Below, piece by piece: positions 24,750 through 34,609 of a DNA stretch of 64,000 nt; position 1 is the first letter of the stretch, and every line of letters begins with the position of its first letter. This stretch comes from Alphaproteobacteria bacterium (GTDB lineage Bacteria; Pseudomonadota; Alphaproteobacteria; Rickettsiales; SXRF01): contig JANRKF010000013.1 in NCBI GenBank assembly GCA_033763575.1, positions 81,396 to 145,395 of the forward strand, given 5' to 3'. The notes under the pieces were generated by a model, which worked only from the letters and a program-made list of their open reading frames with translations, had not been told where the DNA came from and searched no databases. Both the position numbers and the translations under genes were made by a program.

Positions 24750-26807
24750 ATGCGTTTACTGGCCGTGTTATTTTCGCTTTTCCTGACATCGAGCGCTGCG
24801 TTCGCCGAGCAGCTATCGGTGCATAACGACAACACCGATGCCACGATCCTGGTTTCGCACGAGGCGGTGAAGCCCGGCGATGAAATTATAGTTGGCCTGC
24901 TGCTGCAACCGAAGGCGGGATGGCATACCTACTGGCAGAATCCGGGCGATGCCGGCATTCCCACCACCCTCACCTGGACCCTGCCGGAAGATACCAACCA
25001 TAGCGGCATCCTGTGGCCGTTGCCCAGCCGCATCCCCGAGGATACGCTCGCCGTCTACGGCTATAAAGGCGATGTGCTGCTGCCGACCAAAATCCGCGTG
25101 CCGGATATTTACAAGGGAGAAGAATTCCCGATCAAAGTGAAGGCCGAGTGGCTGGTATGCGAGAAAATCTGCGTGCCGGAGAGTGCGGAATTTTCGCTCA
25201 CCCTTCCTGTCGCCAAGGAAAGCAAGCAAAGCCAGTATCACGAGGACCTCGAAAAAGAACTAAGAGCCATTCCCAAAAAACTGGATATTCCGCTGCCGAC
25301 CAAGGTCGCGCCCGACGGGCTTGAGATCATGCTGCCGGAGGAAATCGCTGCCGATGGCCACATCTATTTCTTCCCGCGTGAACAGAACCATGTGGCGTAT
25401 GCTGCGCCCCAGCAGATGAAAGGCCATGTACTGTTCGTGCCGCTCAATGGGGAAGCGACCGCACCCGCCACCCTCACCGGCTATCTTGAAAGCAAGACCG
25501 GCATGTATGATGTCGAGCTGGCGATCGATAAATTCACGTCTTTTGCACCGACTGCCCTTCCCGTGGCCAGCGATGCCCAGACGGCCAGCGCGCCACCTCC
25601 TGCCCCGCCCGCGAAAGGCTTCTTCGGGCTGATTTTATTCGCCATCATCGGCGGGCTGATTTTAAACCTGATGCCATGCGTGCTGCCGGTGCTCTCGCTC
25701 AAGGCCCTCGCCATCGCCAAGAAATCAGGGCATAACCGCCGCGTGGTGGTGAAGCAGGCACTCGCCTATACGTTCGGCGTGCTGGCATCATTTGCAATCA
25801 TCGCCGCGATCCTCATCAGCCTGCAAATGGCCGGGCAATCGATCGGCTGGGGATTCCAGATGCAGTCGGCGCCGTTTGTCGGATTCCTCTGCATCCTCCT
25901 GTTTGTCGTCGGGCTGAATTTCGCGGGCATGTTCGACCTGCCGGTGCTGTTCGGTAGTGCGCTTTCCGATACGCCGCAACACGGTTTACGCGGCAGCTTC
26001 GCAACCGGCGTGCTCGCCACTGCGGTTGCCACCCCCTGCACCGCCCCCTTCATGGCCACCGCGGTCGGCGCAACCCTCACACTCGCGCCGTGGATGTCGA
26101 TGATTATTTTCCTGTCCATCGGGCTGGGGCTGGCCTTGCCGTTCCTGTTGATCGCCATTCACCCGAGGCTGGTCGCCTATCTTCCAAAACCCGGCGCGTG
26201 GATGGAGAGCTTCAAGCAATTCATGGCATTTCCGATGTTCGCAAGCGTCATCTGGCTGCTCTGGGTCATTGTGCAGCAGGCCGGCTCGAAAGGCCTGCTC
26301 ATCACGCTGGTGACGATACTCGCCATCAGCTTCATCATCTGGCTCAAGGGACGCTGCCGCGATGCCTCGCCCCTGTGCCGCATCTCCATCCTGCTGTTGC
26401 TGGCCGCCGCGCTTTATAATGGTGTCAATGCGCTGGCGATGGTGCAGAATGCGCCGCCGCCACTTAATCACATGGATTTTTCCGAAGAGCGATTGCAGGC
26501 GCTGCGCGATACCGGCCAGCCGGTATTCGTCGATGTCACCGCCGCATGGTGCCTGACCTGCCAGGTGAATGCGCGCACGGCGATTATGACTCCCGCCGCA
26601 CAAGCCGCCTTCGCTGAAACCAACACCGCGCTGATGGTCGCCGACTGGACCAACCGCAACGACGCCATCACCCAGTTCCTCAAAAGATTTGGCTATAACG
26701 GCGTTCCGCTCTATGTTTATTTCCCGCCTTCCGGTGAGCCGGTGGTGCTGCCGCAAATCCTCACCGAATCACTTGTCATCGATACTGTAAAAGGAGAAAC
26801 ACCATGA
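24750..26807 (+). CDS. dsbD: DsbD-family protein-disulfide reductase
   Basis: Signal peptide, a periplasmic N-domain, a multi-TM core with LMPCVLPVLSLK and TPCTAPF motifs, and a C-terminal thioredoxin domain with a WCLTC motif. Confidence 0.8.
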   Translation: MRLLAVLFSLFLTSSAAFAEQLSVHNDNTDATILVSHEAVKPGDEIIVGLLLQPKAGWHTYWQNPGDAGIPTTLTWTLPEDTNHSGILWPLPSRIPEDTLAVYGYKGDVLLPTKIRVPDIYKGEEFPIKVKAEWLVCEKICVPESAEFSLTLPVAKESKQSQYHEDLEKELRAIPKKLDIPLPTKVAPDGLEIMLPEEIAADGHIYFFPREQNHVAYAAPQQMKGHVLFVPLNGEATAPATLTGYLESKTGMYDVELAIDKFTSFAPTALPVASDAQTASAPPPAPPAKGFFGLILFAIIGGLILNLMPCVLPVLSLKALAIAKKSGHNRRVVVKQALAYTFGVLASFAIIAAILISLQMAGQSIGWGFQMQSAPFVGFLCILLFVVGLNFAGMFDLPVLFGSALSDTPQHGLRGSFATGVLATAVATPCTAPFMATAVGATLTLAPWMSMIIFLSIGLGLALPFLLIAIHPRLVAYLPKPGAWMESFKQFMAFPMFASVIWLLWVIVQQAGSKGLLITLVTILAISFIIWLKGRCRDASPLCRISILLLLAAALYNGVNALAMVQNAPPPLNHMDFSEERLQALRDTGQPVFVDVTAAWCLTCQVNARTAIMTPAAQAAFAETNTALMVADWTNRNDAITQFLKRFGYNGVPLYVYFPPSGEPVVLPQILTESLVIDTVKGETP

Positions 26808-27400
26808 TAAAATATGCCCTCACACTGATTGCATTCTTTGCTGCCCACAATGCCTTCGCCGCCGCGCAGGTCGGCAGCGCTGCGCCGGATTTCACCGCCA
26901 CCACCGCCTCCGGGAAAAGCGTGAAACTTTCCGATTACAAAGACAAGATCGTGGTGCTGGAATGGACCAATCCGGGCTGCCCGTTCGTGAAAAAATTCTA
27001 TGGCGCGGGCGCTATGCAGAAACTTCAGGCCGAGACCAAAGCCAAGGATGTTGTGTGGCTTTCGGTGAATTCGGGTGCGGAGGGTAATCAGGGCTATGTC
27101 GATGCCGGAAGCGCCAAAACCCTCATCGCCGAACAGAAAGCCGTGCCGAGCGAGTACCTGCTCGATGCCAAGGGTGAAATCGGTCATCTTTATGCAGCCA
27201 AAACCACGCCGCATATGTTCGTAGTCGATAAAAAGGGCATCCTCGCCTATGCCGGTGCCATCGATGATAAAGCGACCCCGAACCCCGAGGATATCGCCGG
27301 CGCGAATAACTACGTCGTCGCGGCGGTGGATGCTCTCGTGGCCGGGAAAACCCCTGAAACCACCTCCACCCAATCCTATGGTTGCAGCGTGAAATATTGA
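26804..27400 (+). CDS. Periplasmic thioredoxin-fold (redoxin-like) protein
   Basis: Signal peptide, then VVLEWTNPGCPFVKKFY, typical of thioredoxin-like proteins. Start overlaps the dsbD stop by 4 nt (ATG 26804, TGA 26805-26807). Confidence 0.7.
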   Translation: MIKYALTLIAFFAAHNAFAAAQVGSAAPDFTATTASGKSVKLSDYKDKIVVLEWTNPGCPFVKKFYGAGAMQKLQAETKAKDVVWLSVNSGAEGNQGYVDAGSAKTLIAEQKAVPSEYLLDAKGEIGHLYAAKTTPHMFVVDKKGILAYAGAIDDKATPNPEDIAGANNYVVAAVDALVAGKTPETTSTQSYGCSVKY

Positions 27401-27487
27401 TCTTCATCACCAATAAAGCTCTTGAAGAATAAAGATTTTGTAGTATAATGGCAAGATAGGTTTGGTGCCGAAAAAACATATAGGTGA

Positions 27488-28354
27488 ATGTATAAATTCT
27501 TAGCAGTTGCAGGGATGGGTGGTGCTTGTGGGAACCAGCGCAGGCACGGCTTCAGCTTGTTGGAGTTGTCGATTGTGCTCACCATCATCGGCCTGCTGAT
27601 CGGTGGCGTCGTAGTGGGCCAGACGCTGGTCAAGCAAGCGCAGTTACGCAGCGTGCTCACCGATATCGACATGTTCCAGTCCGCCATCCTCACCTTCAAA
27701 GTGAAATATAACGCCATTCCCGGCGATATGACCAACGCCACCGACTTCTGGGGCACCAATCCCGGCTGCGCCGCCGGCACCGTCGGCACCGGCACCGAAA
27801 CCTGCAATGGCAATGGTGATTCGGCCATCAATCTTGGCGGCCCAAGCCAGGTGCCGCCGCGGGAACAATTTTATGCCTGGCAGCACCTTGTCAATGCCGA
27901 GTTGATTCGTGGCGCCTATACCGGCGTTGCCGACGATTATGCTACCTGCGTCATTGGAGAAAACTGCCCCGCTGGCCGCATCAGCCCGGCCCAGGCATAT
28001 TTCATCTCCACCGCTATTCCCACCCCTCCGGTCAACTGGTGGCCCAACTCTTTGGCAACCGCCATCAATATCGGGGTCATCGATCCCGAAAGGATCGGAG
28101 CTTCCTACCCCGCCTGGCCGATCTTGACGCCGCAGGAGGCGCTTGGCCTCGACCGCAAGGCTGACGACGGCAAGCCGGGCAGCGGTTTCTGGAAAACGTT
28201 CGGACCAAAGAGTTATTCCCTGGGCTGCGCAGTCGACGGCACCACTTTCGCCGCTATCGTCGACGCGGAAGCGGAGCAGGACACCGCCGTTTACAACCCC
28301 AACAGCACGGACATTTTATGTTCGCTGCTGATTTACTTGAGGACAATACAATAG
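27488..28354 (+). CDS. Prepilin-type N-terminal cleavage/methylation-domain protein (pilin/pseudopilin-like, orphan)
   Basis: ...RRHG|FSLLELSIVLTIIGLLIGGVVVG is a class III signal with Glu at +5, followed by a ~260-aa Cys-containing globular domain. The start may be ATG 27515. No pilus or T2SS genes are nearby. Confidence 0.65.
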   Translation: MYKFLAVAGMGGACGNQRRHGFSLLELSIVLTIIGLLIGGVVVGQTLVKQAQLRSVLTDIDMFQSAILTFKVKYNAIPGDMTNATDFWGTNPGCAAGTVGTGTETCNGNGDSAINLGGPSQVPPREQFYAWQHLVNAELIRGAYTGVADDYATCVIGENCPAGRISPAQAYFISTAIPTPPVNWWPNSLATAINIGVIDPERIGASYPAWPILTPQEALGLDRKADDGKPGSGFWKTFGPKSYSLGCAVDGTTFAAIVDAEAEQDTAVYNPNSTDILCSLLIYLRTIQ

Positions 28355-28355
28355 T

Positions 28356-28808
28356 TCAACGGTAAGTGACGATCCGCAGGAAACGCATGCCGCCGAACAC
28401 GGCCTGCACCGCGCCGCCGTCACCAAGCGGCAGCAGCACCTGGCGGAATTTGAAGTGGTCGCCATGCGGGTTGGTGATCTCGCCCTCGCTGACCAGCGGC
28501 TTACGGGTGCTGATGACCTGCTTATAGCCATTGGCGAGGCTGTCCATGTCGGGAAAAAGGGAGTCTTCCATCTGCTCCATTCCCTCGCGATAGACATCTT
28601 CAATCGCCTTGCCGAGATAGGAAAAGTGATACCCCTCCTTACCGATGTCTTTCACATGCGCGATGAAGCAGTAGGGCCACAGATCCGCAATATCCGCCGG
28701 GCTCATCTCTGCCTCGGACGGCATCCCACGCGTGCCGCGCCTTTTCTCCCAATAGGAGAGAAGCCGGAGGGTGATGCGCCGTTCTTCGGGTGAGTGGGTT
28801 GCGTCCAT
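28356..28808 (-). CDS. PAS_5 (DUF1457)-type PAS domain protein
   Basis: LRLLSYWEKRRGTRGMPSEAEMSPADIADLWPYCFIAHV...FSYLGKAI...FRQVLLPLGDGG matches the small alphaproteobacterial PAS_5 family pattern. Confidence 0.65.
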   Translation of the reverse strand: MDATHSPEERRITLRLLSYWEKRRGTRGMPSEAEMSPADIADLWPYCFIAHVKDIGKEGYHFSYLGKAIEDVYREGMEQMEDSLFPDMDSLANGYKQVISTRKPLVSEGEITNPHGDHFKFRQVLLPLGDGGAVQAVFGGMRFLRIVTYR

Positions 28809-28892
28809 AGGATTTCATTCTACCGACAAGCTACTAACTTAATGTAAATTATAGATACAATTTTATACGTTTCTGCGGCGGCCTGCCGTGCC

Positions 28893-29912
28893 TTAGAACG
28901 CCCGCGCCTGTGCCAGATTGAGATTGTGCGAAGTTTGCGCCATACTGCTCTGCCGCTTGCTCGCAAGCTCGGCGAACGTGCGGTCAAGCATATTGATCAT
29001 CATATCGTCGCGAACCGTGCCGCTGGGACCACCCATGATGACCGCAACGATATTATAGCCGCTCTTTTTCACCGACGTCACCAGGTTGAAACCCGACGCC
29101 CGGATATAGCCGGTTTTAATGCCGTCGGCCCCGTTATAGCGAAGCATTACGCGGTTGTGGGTCGTGTATGTCACCCCACGAAAATCGAAGCGCTCGGTCT
29201 TGAAATAAGGGTAATATTCCGGAAAATCGCGGCGGAGCGCAATACCCAGCCGCGCCATATCGAACGCGTTGGTATATTGCCCGTTATCCGGCAGGCCGTT
29301 GGGATTGCGGAACACCGTATCGCGCATGCCGAGCTCGCGGGCCTTCTGCGTCATCATCTGCGCGAAGCTCCAGACCGTGCCGCCCAGCTTCTCCGCCAGA
29401 ACCACCGACGCATCGTTACCGGAACGCACCACCAGCGCCTCAATCGCCTCTTCCACGGTCAGCCAGTCTCCCTCGCTGAGGTTGATATTGGTCTGTGGCT
29501 GCCCCGCCGCCTTGGCCGAAACGGGCAATTTCTGGTTCAGCCTGAGCTTGCCGCGTTTCAGGGCATCGAACGTAAGATACAGGGTCATCATTTTGGTAAG
29601 CGAGGCCGGGTAACGCAAATCACCCGCATTCTTTTCGTAGAGCACCTGCCCGGTCGAGGCATCCACCACGACGGCCGCGAATTTATCGGCGCTGGGAGCG
29701 GATGGGCGAGCGCCGTAGCGTTTTTTGAGGCGCTTCTTAGTGGAAGAAGTTTTCTTTTTGCTGCTCGATTTTGCCTTGGCTTTTGTGGATTTCCCGGAGG
29801 AGGTCGCGCTGCTGGTGGCGTTGCTTTTAGCGTGGGCGTCTATCACCGAAACAGGCGCAGCAAAGGCCAATAAAAACACGCATAACGCCACCCCCAGACC
29901 CCGCAAACGCAT
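28893..29912 (-). CDS. D-alanyl-D-alanine carboxypeptidase (S11, PBP5/6-like)
   Basis: Signal peptide plus SxxK (ASLTKMM), SxN (SGND) and KTG (IKTGYI) motifs. Confidence 0.85.
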   Translation of the reverse strand: MRLRGLGVALCVFLLAFAAPVSVIDAHAKSNATSSATSSGKSTKAKAKSSSKKKTSSTKKRLKKRYGARPSAPSADKFAAVVVDASTGQVLYEKNAGDLRYPASLTKMMTLYLTFDALKRGKLRLNQKLPVSAKAAGQPQTNINLSEGDWLTVEEAIEALVVRSGNDASVVLAEKLGGTVWSFAQMMTQKARELGMRDTVFRNPNGLPDNGQYTNAFDMARLGIALRRDFPEYYPYFKTERFDFRGVTYTTHNRVMLRYNGADGIKTGYIRASGFNLVTSVKKSGYNIVAVIMGGPSGTVRDDMMINMLDRTFAELASKRQSSMAQTSHNLNLAQARAF

Positions 29913-30142
29913 CTCACCCCCATCCTTTTTTGTTCAATAACCACACCATCCATAGTAGTTGCATAGGGCAGCACCATCAAGATAATGTTTTACCATGGCG
30001 CTGTAAACCTGTTTTGTCGCGGGCGTGTATTTTTTCTTATTCTTTCAATTGATAAAATCTTGACTTTTTACCCGCGAGGAACTACATAGTTTCCGTTGCT
30101 GCATTGCAATATAAATAACACACAGACTTCATGGAGAATGTC

Positions 30143-30754
30143 ATGACTCAAGCAAAGAAAACATCGAGCACCGCCGCTAAACTCGCTTCCAGCGCAGCTA
30201 ATAAAGCGGCAAAGAGCACTTATTCCGCAGTGGAATCCACCCGCAGCTCGGCGGAGAATGTAGTGAAAATCGGCAGCCGCGCTGCCAAGGATTTCCTGAG
30301 CCAGAGCGCCGGGGAAGCACAAAAAGCACAGGATAAAATCCTCGCCATGAGCCGCGACGGCGCGCAGCAGCTCGCCAAATCCGCCGACGCCGTGACCAAG
30401 GCGCTGTATGAAACCATCAGTACCTCGCGTGATAACCTCGAAGCTGCCGTGGAATGCGGCAACGTGGCCGCCGCGCTGGCGAAAGACGTGAGCAGCGAGA
30501 TGATGGAATACGCCAACAAAACCTTCACCGACAATGTCGAAATGTCGAAAGAACTTTTCGCATGCCGCACCATCAACGATATGATGGAACTGCAGAACCG
30601 CATGCTGAAAAAAGCCATGGACAGCGGCTTCGCGCAGACTTCCCGCCTGTCGAACCTGTTCTTCGAATATTCCAGCGAAGCGCTGGAGCCGATCAATGAG
30701 CGCGTGGCCCAGGCCTCCGAGCAACTCAGCAAAACGCTGAAGACGGTTGCCTAG
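30143..30754 (+). CDS. Phasin-family (PHA-granule-associated) protein
   Basis: All-helical, Ala/Ser/Lys-rich, about 200 aa, with TINDMMELQNRMLKKAMDSGFAQTSRLSNLFFE typical of Phasin_2. The start is set at the ATG with a GGAGA RBS. Confidence 0.6.
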   Translation: MTQAKKTSSTAAKLASSAANKAAKSTYSAVESTRSSAENVVKIGSRAAKDFLSQSAGEAQKAQDKILAMSRDGAQQLAKSADAVTKALYETISTSRDNLEAAVECGNVAAALAKDVSSEMMEYANKTFTDNVEMSKELFACRTINDMMELQNRMLKKAMDSGFAQTSRLSNLFFEYSSEALEPINERVAQASEQLSKTLKTVA

Positions 30755-30791
30755 TGCCGCTCTAACGCATTTCATTTTTGGTTAGATGAGT

Positions 30792-30827
30792 AAAAAACCC
30801 TGCCGCCACCACGCGGCGGGGTTTTTT
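30792..30827 (+). terminator. Rho-independent terminator
   Basis: aaaaaaccctgccgcc-accac-gcggcggggtttttt. Confidence 0.7.
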
Positions 30828-30914
30828 ATAGGCTCCTGACACAACTTGTTGTTGAAAAACCGATAAAAATCATGCAATAATGTATCATTGTTAAACAATA
30901 GAAAAAGGGTGCGC

Positions 30915-31391
30915 ATGGCAGACCCCGAACAGATTACGACGCTTGGTGAATTGGCCGCCGCGCTGAATGAATATGCTGCACAAGATTCAAATTTTCCGAT
31001 TGTGGGGGTAAATCTTGGAAGGGCCGGGCTTAGAACATTAGAAATCACTCCACGCACAGACAATCATACAGCAATTATTTTGGATTCTTTCGCGAGCATT
31101 CACATTCAGACAACTATGTCAACCAACCCTTCTACAGCCTCTACCATCATAGTGTTCGACCGCAGCCTCGATACTCACGGCTACCAGAACATTTTTAATC
31201 AACTGATACAAATGTCGAGAATGCCAGGGGTGGAACAACCTATAATCTCGACAGAGCCTGATAAACGCCCTTTAGAAAAAGGCCATCGTATTAAAGTAGA
31301 AGACCGTCGACGTATTGCAAAAGCGGGTGCTTTAGCTGAAATGCTAACAGAAGACGGCGGCTTCCCCACCGCATTTTTTCCTTCGCACTAA
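30915..31391 (+). CDS. Hypothetical protein (orphan, AT-richer)
   Basis: 158-aa ORF starting MADPEQITTLGELAAAL. No family recognised. Confidence 0.4.
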   Translation: MADPEQITTLGELAAALNEYAAQDSNFPIVGVNLGRAGLRTLEITPRTDNHTAIILDSFASIHIQTTMSTNPSTASTIIVFDRSLDTHGYQNIFNQLIQMSRMPGVEQPIISTEPDKRPLEKGHRIKVEDRRRIAKAGALAEMLTEDGGFPTAFFPSH

Positions 31392-31502
31392 TCCCATAAA
31401 ACCCCTTGATTTTTGCTTGGTAATCAACCATACAGGCAGCCCGAATATTTTTTAAAAACAACTTCTGGAGGACCGTTTGAACTATCTGGTACACGCTCGT
31501 TT

Positions 31503-32015
31503 ATGAGCAAAGCTGACGAACCGCGCATCAACCGCCAAATTCATGCCCCGTCGGTAAGGTTGGTGGATCACAATGGCAACATGGTAGGCGTTGTCGCCGT
31601 CCCCGAAGCGCTGCGCATGGCCGAGGCCGCAGGGCTGGACCTGGTGGAAGTATCGCCGAACGCGAACCCACCCGTATGCAAAATCCTCGATTACGGCAAA
31701 TATAAATACGAAGTGCAGAAAAAAGCGCACGAGGCCCGCCGCAAGCAGAAGGTAATCCAGGTCAAGGAAATCAAGCTGCGCCCGACCATCGACAAGCACG
31801 ATCTCGAGATCAAAATGCGCCATGTGGTGGAATTCCTCGAAGATGGCGACAAGGTGCGTATTTCCATGCGTTTCCGTGGCCGCGAGATGGATCACATGAA
31901 CATCGGTTACCAGCTGCTCGACCGCGTGCAGGAACAGCTCGCCGAGATCGCCAAAATCGAACAGGCCCCGAAAAGCGAAGGCAAGCAGATTGTCATGCTT
32001 GTGGGGCCAAAGTGA
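31503..32015 (+). CDS. infC: Translation initiation factor IF-3
   Basis: MSKADEPRINRQIHAPSVRLVDHNGNMVGVV...GLDLVEVSPNANPPVCKILDYGKYKYE...KEIKLRP.ID.HD is canonical IF-3. Confidence 0.9.
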   Translation: MSKADEPRINRQIHAPSVRLVDHNGNMVGVVAVPEALRMAEAAGLDLVEVSPNANPPVCKILDYGKYKYEVQKKAHEARRKQKVIQVKEIKLRPTIDKHDLEIKMRHVVEFLEDGDKVRISMRFRGREMDHMNIGYQLLDRVQEQLAEIAKIEQAPKSEGKQIVMLVGPK

Positions 32016-32049
32016 CAGCCATCTTGGCAGCTTGCTGCCTTAGATGCCT

Positions 32050-32114
32050 GTCATCCCTGAATTTGGTTTTCTCTGTGAATGAAATGAGCAGTAAGAAAAC
32101 CTAATATCAGGGAT
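32050..32114. repeat. Family-2 variant palindromic element (GTCATCCCTGA...TCAGGGAT)
   Basis: gtcatccctgaatttggttttctc...gagcagtaagaaaacctaatatcagggat, with terminal inverted repeats. Confidence 0.55.
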
Positions 32115-32231
32115 CTCGTGCCACATACTGAATAACCCTAGCCCCCGCAACAAGTGCGGGGTGACAAAAGAAAGAAACGACCACCATTTTTTATCAACCA
32201 TTTTCCCCAAGAAAAAGTAAGGAGAATCACT

Positions 32232-33812
32232 ATGCCTAAAGTCCTCATCGCCGACAAACTATCCTCGCAAGCCATCGACGTCTTCAAGAAAAAAGGCGTC
32301 GAGACCGATGTAAAAACCGGCCTCGCCCCGGAAGAGCTATTGAAAATAGCCGGTGATTACGAAGGCATCGCGGTGCGCTCTGCCACCAAAATCACCAAAG
32401 AGGTGCTCGCCGTGGCGAAGAAGCTCAAAGTGGTGGGCCGCGCCGGTATCGGCGTCGATAACGTGGACGTTCCGGCGGCGACCGCTGCCGGTGTGGTGGT
32501 GATGAACACGCCCTTCGGCAATTCGGTGACGACCGCCGAACATGCGATCGCGCTGATGATGTCGCTCGCCCGCCAGATCCCCGAAGCGAACGCCAGCACC
32601 CACGCGGGAAAATGGGAGAAAAATAAATTCATGGGTGTCGAGCTTTCGGGTAAAACGCTCGGCCTCATCGGCTGCGGCAATATCGGCGGCATCGTCGCCG
32701 ACCGCGCACAAGGCCTGAAAATGAAAGTGATCGCCTATGACCCGTTCCTCTCCAAAGAACGCGCCGAAGCGATGAACCTGGAAAAGGTCGAGCTCGATAC
32801 GCTGCTGGAACGCGCCGATTTCATCACGCTGCACACGCCGCTGACCGAAACCACCAAAAATATTTTGAATAAAAACACGCTGGCCATGTGCAAAAAAGGC
32901 GTGCGCATCATCAATTGCGCGCGCGGCGGGCTGGTTAATGAAGCCGACCTGAAAGAGGCGCTGGAATCCGGCCAGGTGGCCGGCGTGGCGCTCGACGTGT
33001 TCGAGGAAGAGCCGGCAAAATCGAACGCGTTGTTTGGCATGGCGAACGTGGTCTGCACGCCGCATCTCGGCGCCTCCACCAACGAAGCGCAGGAGAATGT
33101 CGCGGTGCAGGTCGCCGAACAAATGGCCGACTACCTTACCAGCGGCGCCATCACCAACGCGCTCAACATTCCGTCCATGTCGGCGGAAGATGCGAAAGCG
33201 CTTGCCCCCTATATCACGCTGGCCGACCAGCTTGGCGGTTTCGCCGGACAGCTCACCGAGCACGGCCTGAAAAAAATCGAAATCGAATATGACGGCAAGG
33301 CCAGCCTGCTCAACACCAAACCGCTGACCGCCGTGCTGCTGAAAGGCCTGCTGTCGCCGCTCATCGAAGGGGTGAATATGGTGAACGCGCCGATCATCGC
33401 CAAAGAACGCGGCGTCGAGGTTTCCACCACCAGCCACGAACGCGCCGGCGATTATTCGACGCTGGTGCGCGTCACCGTTACCACCGACAAGCGCACGCGC
33501 ACCGTAGCGGGCACGCTGTTTGCCGGGCATCCGCGCATCGTCGAAGTGAACGGCATCAAGCTCGAAGCGGGCCTCGGCACGCGCATGCTGTATGTGAATA
33601 ACGACGATAAACCGGGCTTCATCGGCACACTCGGCTCGCTCCTCGGCAAGTCGAATATCAACATCGCCTACTTCCATCTTGGCCGCAACGAGGCGGGCAC
33701 CGAAGCCATCGCACTGGTCGAGGTCGATCAGGATATTTCAGTGGACCTCCTCGCCGAGATCACTAAAATCCCCAGCGTGATACAGGCGAAACTACTTCGC
33801 TTCCCCGCATAA
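32232..33812 (+). CDS. serA: D-3-phosphoglycerate dehydrogenase
   Basis: MPKVLIADKLS...VGRAGIGVDNVDV...GLIGCGNIGG (NAD-binding site)...CTPHLGAST, plus a C-terminal ACT domain. GGAGAATCACTATG RBS context. Confidence 0.92.
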   Translation: MPKVLIADKLSSQAIDVFKKKGVETDVKTGLAPEELLKIAGDYEGIAVRSATKITKEVLAVAKKLKVVGRAGIGVDNVDVPAATAAGVVVMNTPFGNSVTTAEHAIALMMSLARQIPEANASTHAGKWEKNKFMGVELSGKTLGLIGCGNIGGIVADRAQGLKMKVIAYDPFLSKERAEAMNLEKVELDTLLERADFITLHTPLTETTKNILNKNTLAMCKKGVRIINCARGGLVNEADLKEALESGQVAGVALDVFEEEPAKSNALFGMANVVCTPHLGASTNEAQENVAVQVAEQMADYLTSGAITNALNIPSMSAEDAKALAPYITLADQLGGFAGQLTEHGLKKIEIEYDGKASLLNTKPLTAVLLKGLLSPLIEGVNMVNAPIIAKERGVEVSTTSHERAGDYSTLVRVTVTTDKRTRTVAGTLFAGHPRIVEVNGIKLEAGLGTRMLYVNNDDKPGFIGTLGSLLGKSNINIAYFHLGRNEAGTEAIALVEVDQDISVDLLAEITKIPSVIQAKLLRFPA

Positions 33813-33857
33813 GCAAGAGCACGTTGCGGGGGCTGGTCAACTGGAAGGAAATCGCTG

Positions 33858-34493
33858 ATGTCTAATACAGATAAGCCTGACTCCGCCATACGGCGGAGCT
33901 TGTACTACTCCCCCAATTCCCCCTATGCGCGCAAATGCCGCATCATTATCGCTGAAAAGAAATTGGAGGGCATCGAGCAGATCGAAGTGAATGCCATGGA
34001 AAACCCGCCGGAGCTGCTCGCGGTGAACCCGCTCGGCACGGTGCCGGCGCTGGTGACGGACGACGGGCTGCATCTGTGCGACAGCCAGCTCATCTGCGAA
34101 TATCTGGACGGCCTACCCTCAGCCGCGCCGAAACTCCTCACCGACGATAGCGGGGCGCGGCTCTGCATCATGGCGCTTGCGGAAATGGCCCACGGCATGA
34201 TGGATGCGGCGGTGATGTGCGTCATCGAAGGCCGCCGCCCGCCGGAGAAACAATTAGAGAGCGTGACCCAGCGCAAGGAAAAGGCGCTGCTGCGCACCAT
34301 CGAAAAAATTTCTTCGGCGAATCTCGATTTCACCACACCGCTCACACTCGGCACGCTAAACCTCGCCATCGCATTGCTTTATGTCGATTTCCGCCTGCCG
34401 CATCTCGGCTGGCGCAGCAAACATGCCGCGCTGGCACAGTGGGCGGATGAAATGAAAATGCGCCCATCTTTCGCCGCGACGGCACCGAAATAA
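33858..34493 (+). CDS. Glutathione S-transferase
   Basis: LYYSPNSPYARKCRIIIAEKKL...NPLGTVPALVTDDG is a thioredoxin-like GST N-domain, followed by a helical C-domain. Confidence 0.8.
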   Translation: MSNTDKPDSAIRRSLYYSPNSPYARKCRIIIAEKKLEGIEQIEVNAMENPPELLAVNPLGTVPALVTDDGLHLCDSQLICEYLDGLPSAAPKLLTDDSGARLCIMALAEMAHGMMDAAVMCVIEGRRPPEKQLESVTQRKEKALLRTIEKISSANLDFTTPLTLGTLNLAIALLYVDFRLPHLGWRSKHAALAQWADEMKMRPSFAATAPK

Positions 34494-34609
34494 AGCGATT
34501 GCATTAATATAAAATTAGCAGTCTTATTTTAGGACAAAGGAAAGAGCGTCACCCACGAAGGTGCGCCGCACGCAGGACATCACGAACAAACAGTTGAGGG
34601 CGAGATGTT

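Noticed and set aside
32337-33677. 446-aa minus-strand ORF across serA
   Set aside because: It is an antisense shadow ORF of serA with the same high-GC artefact composition.
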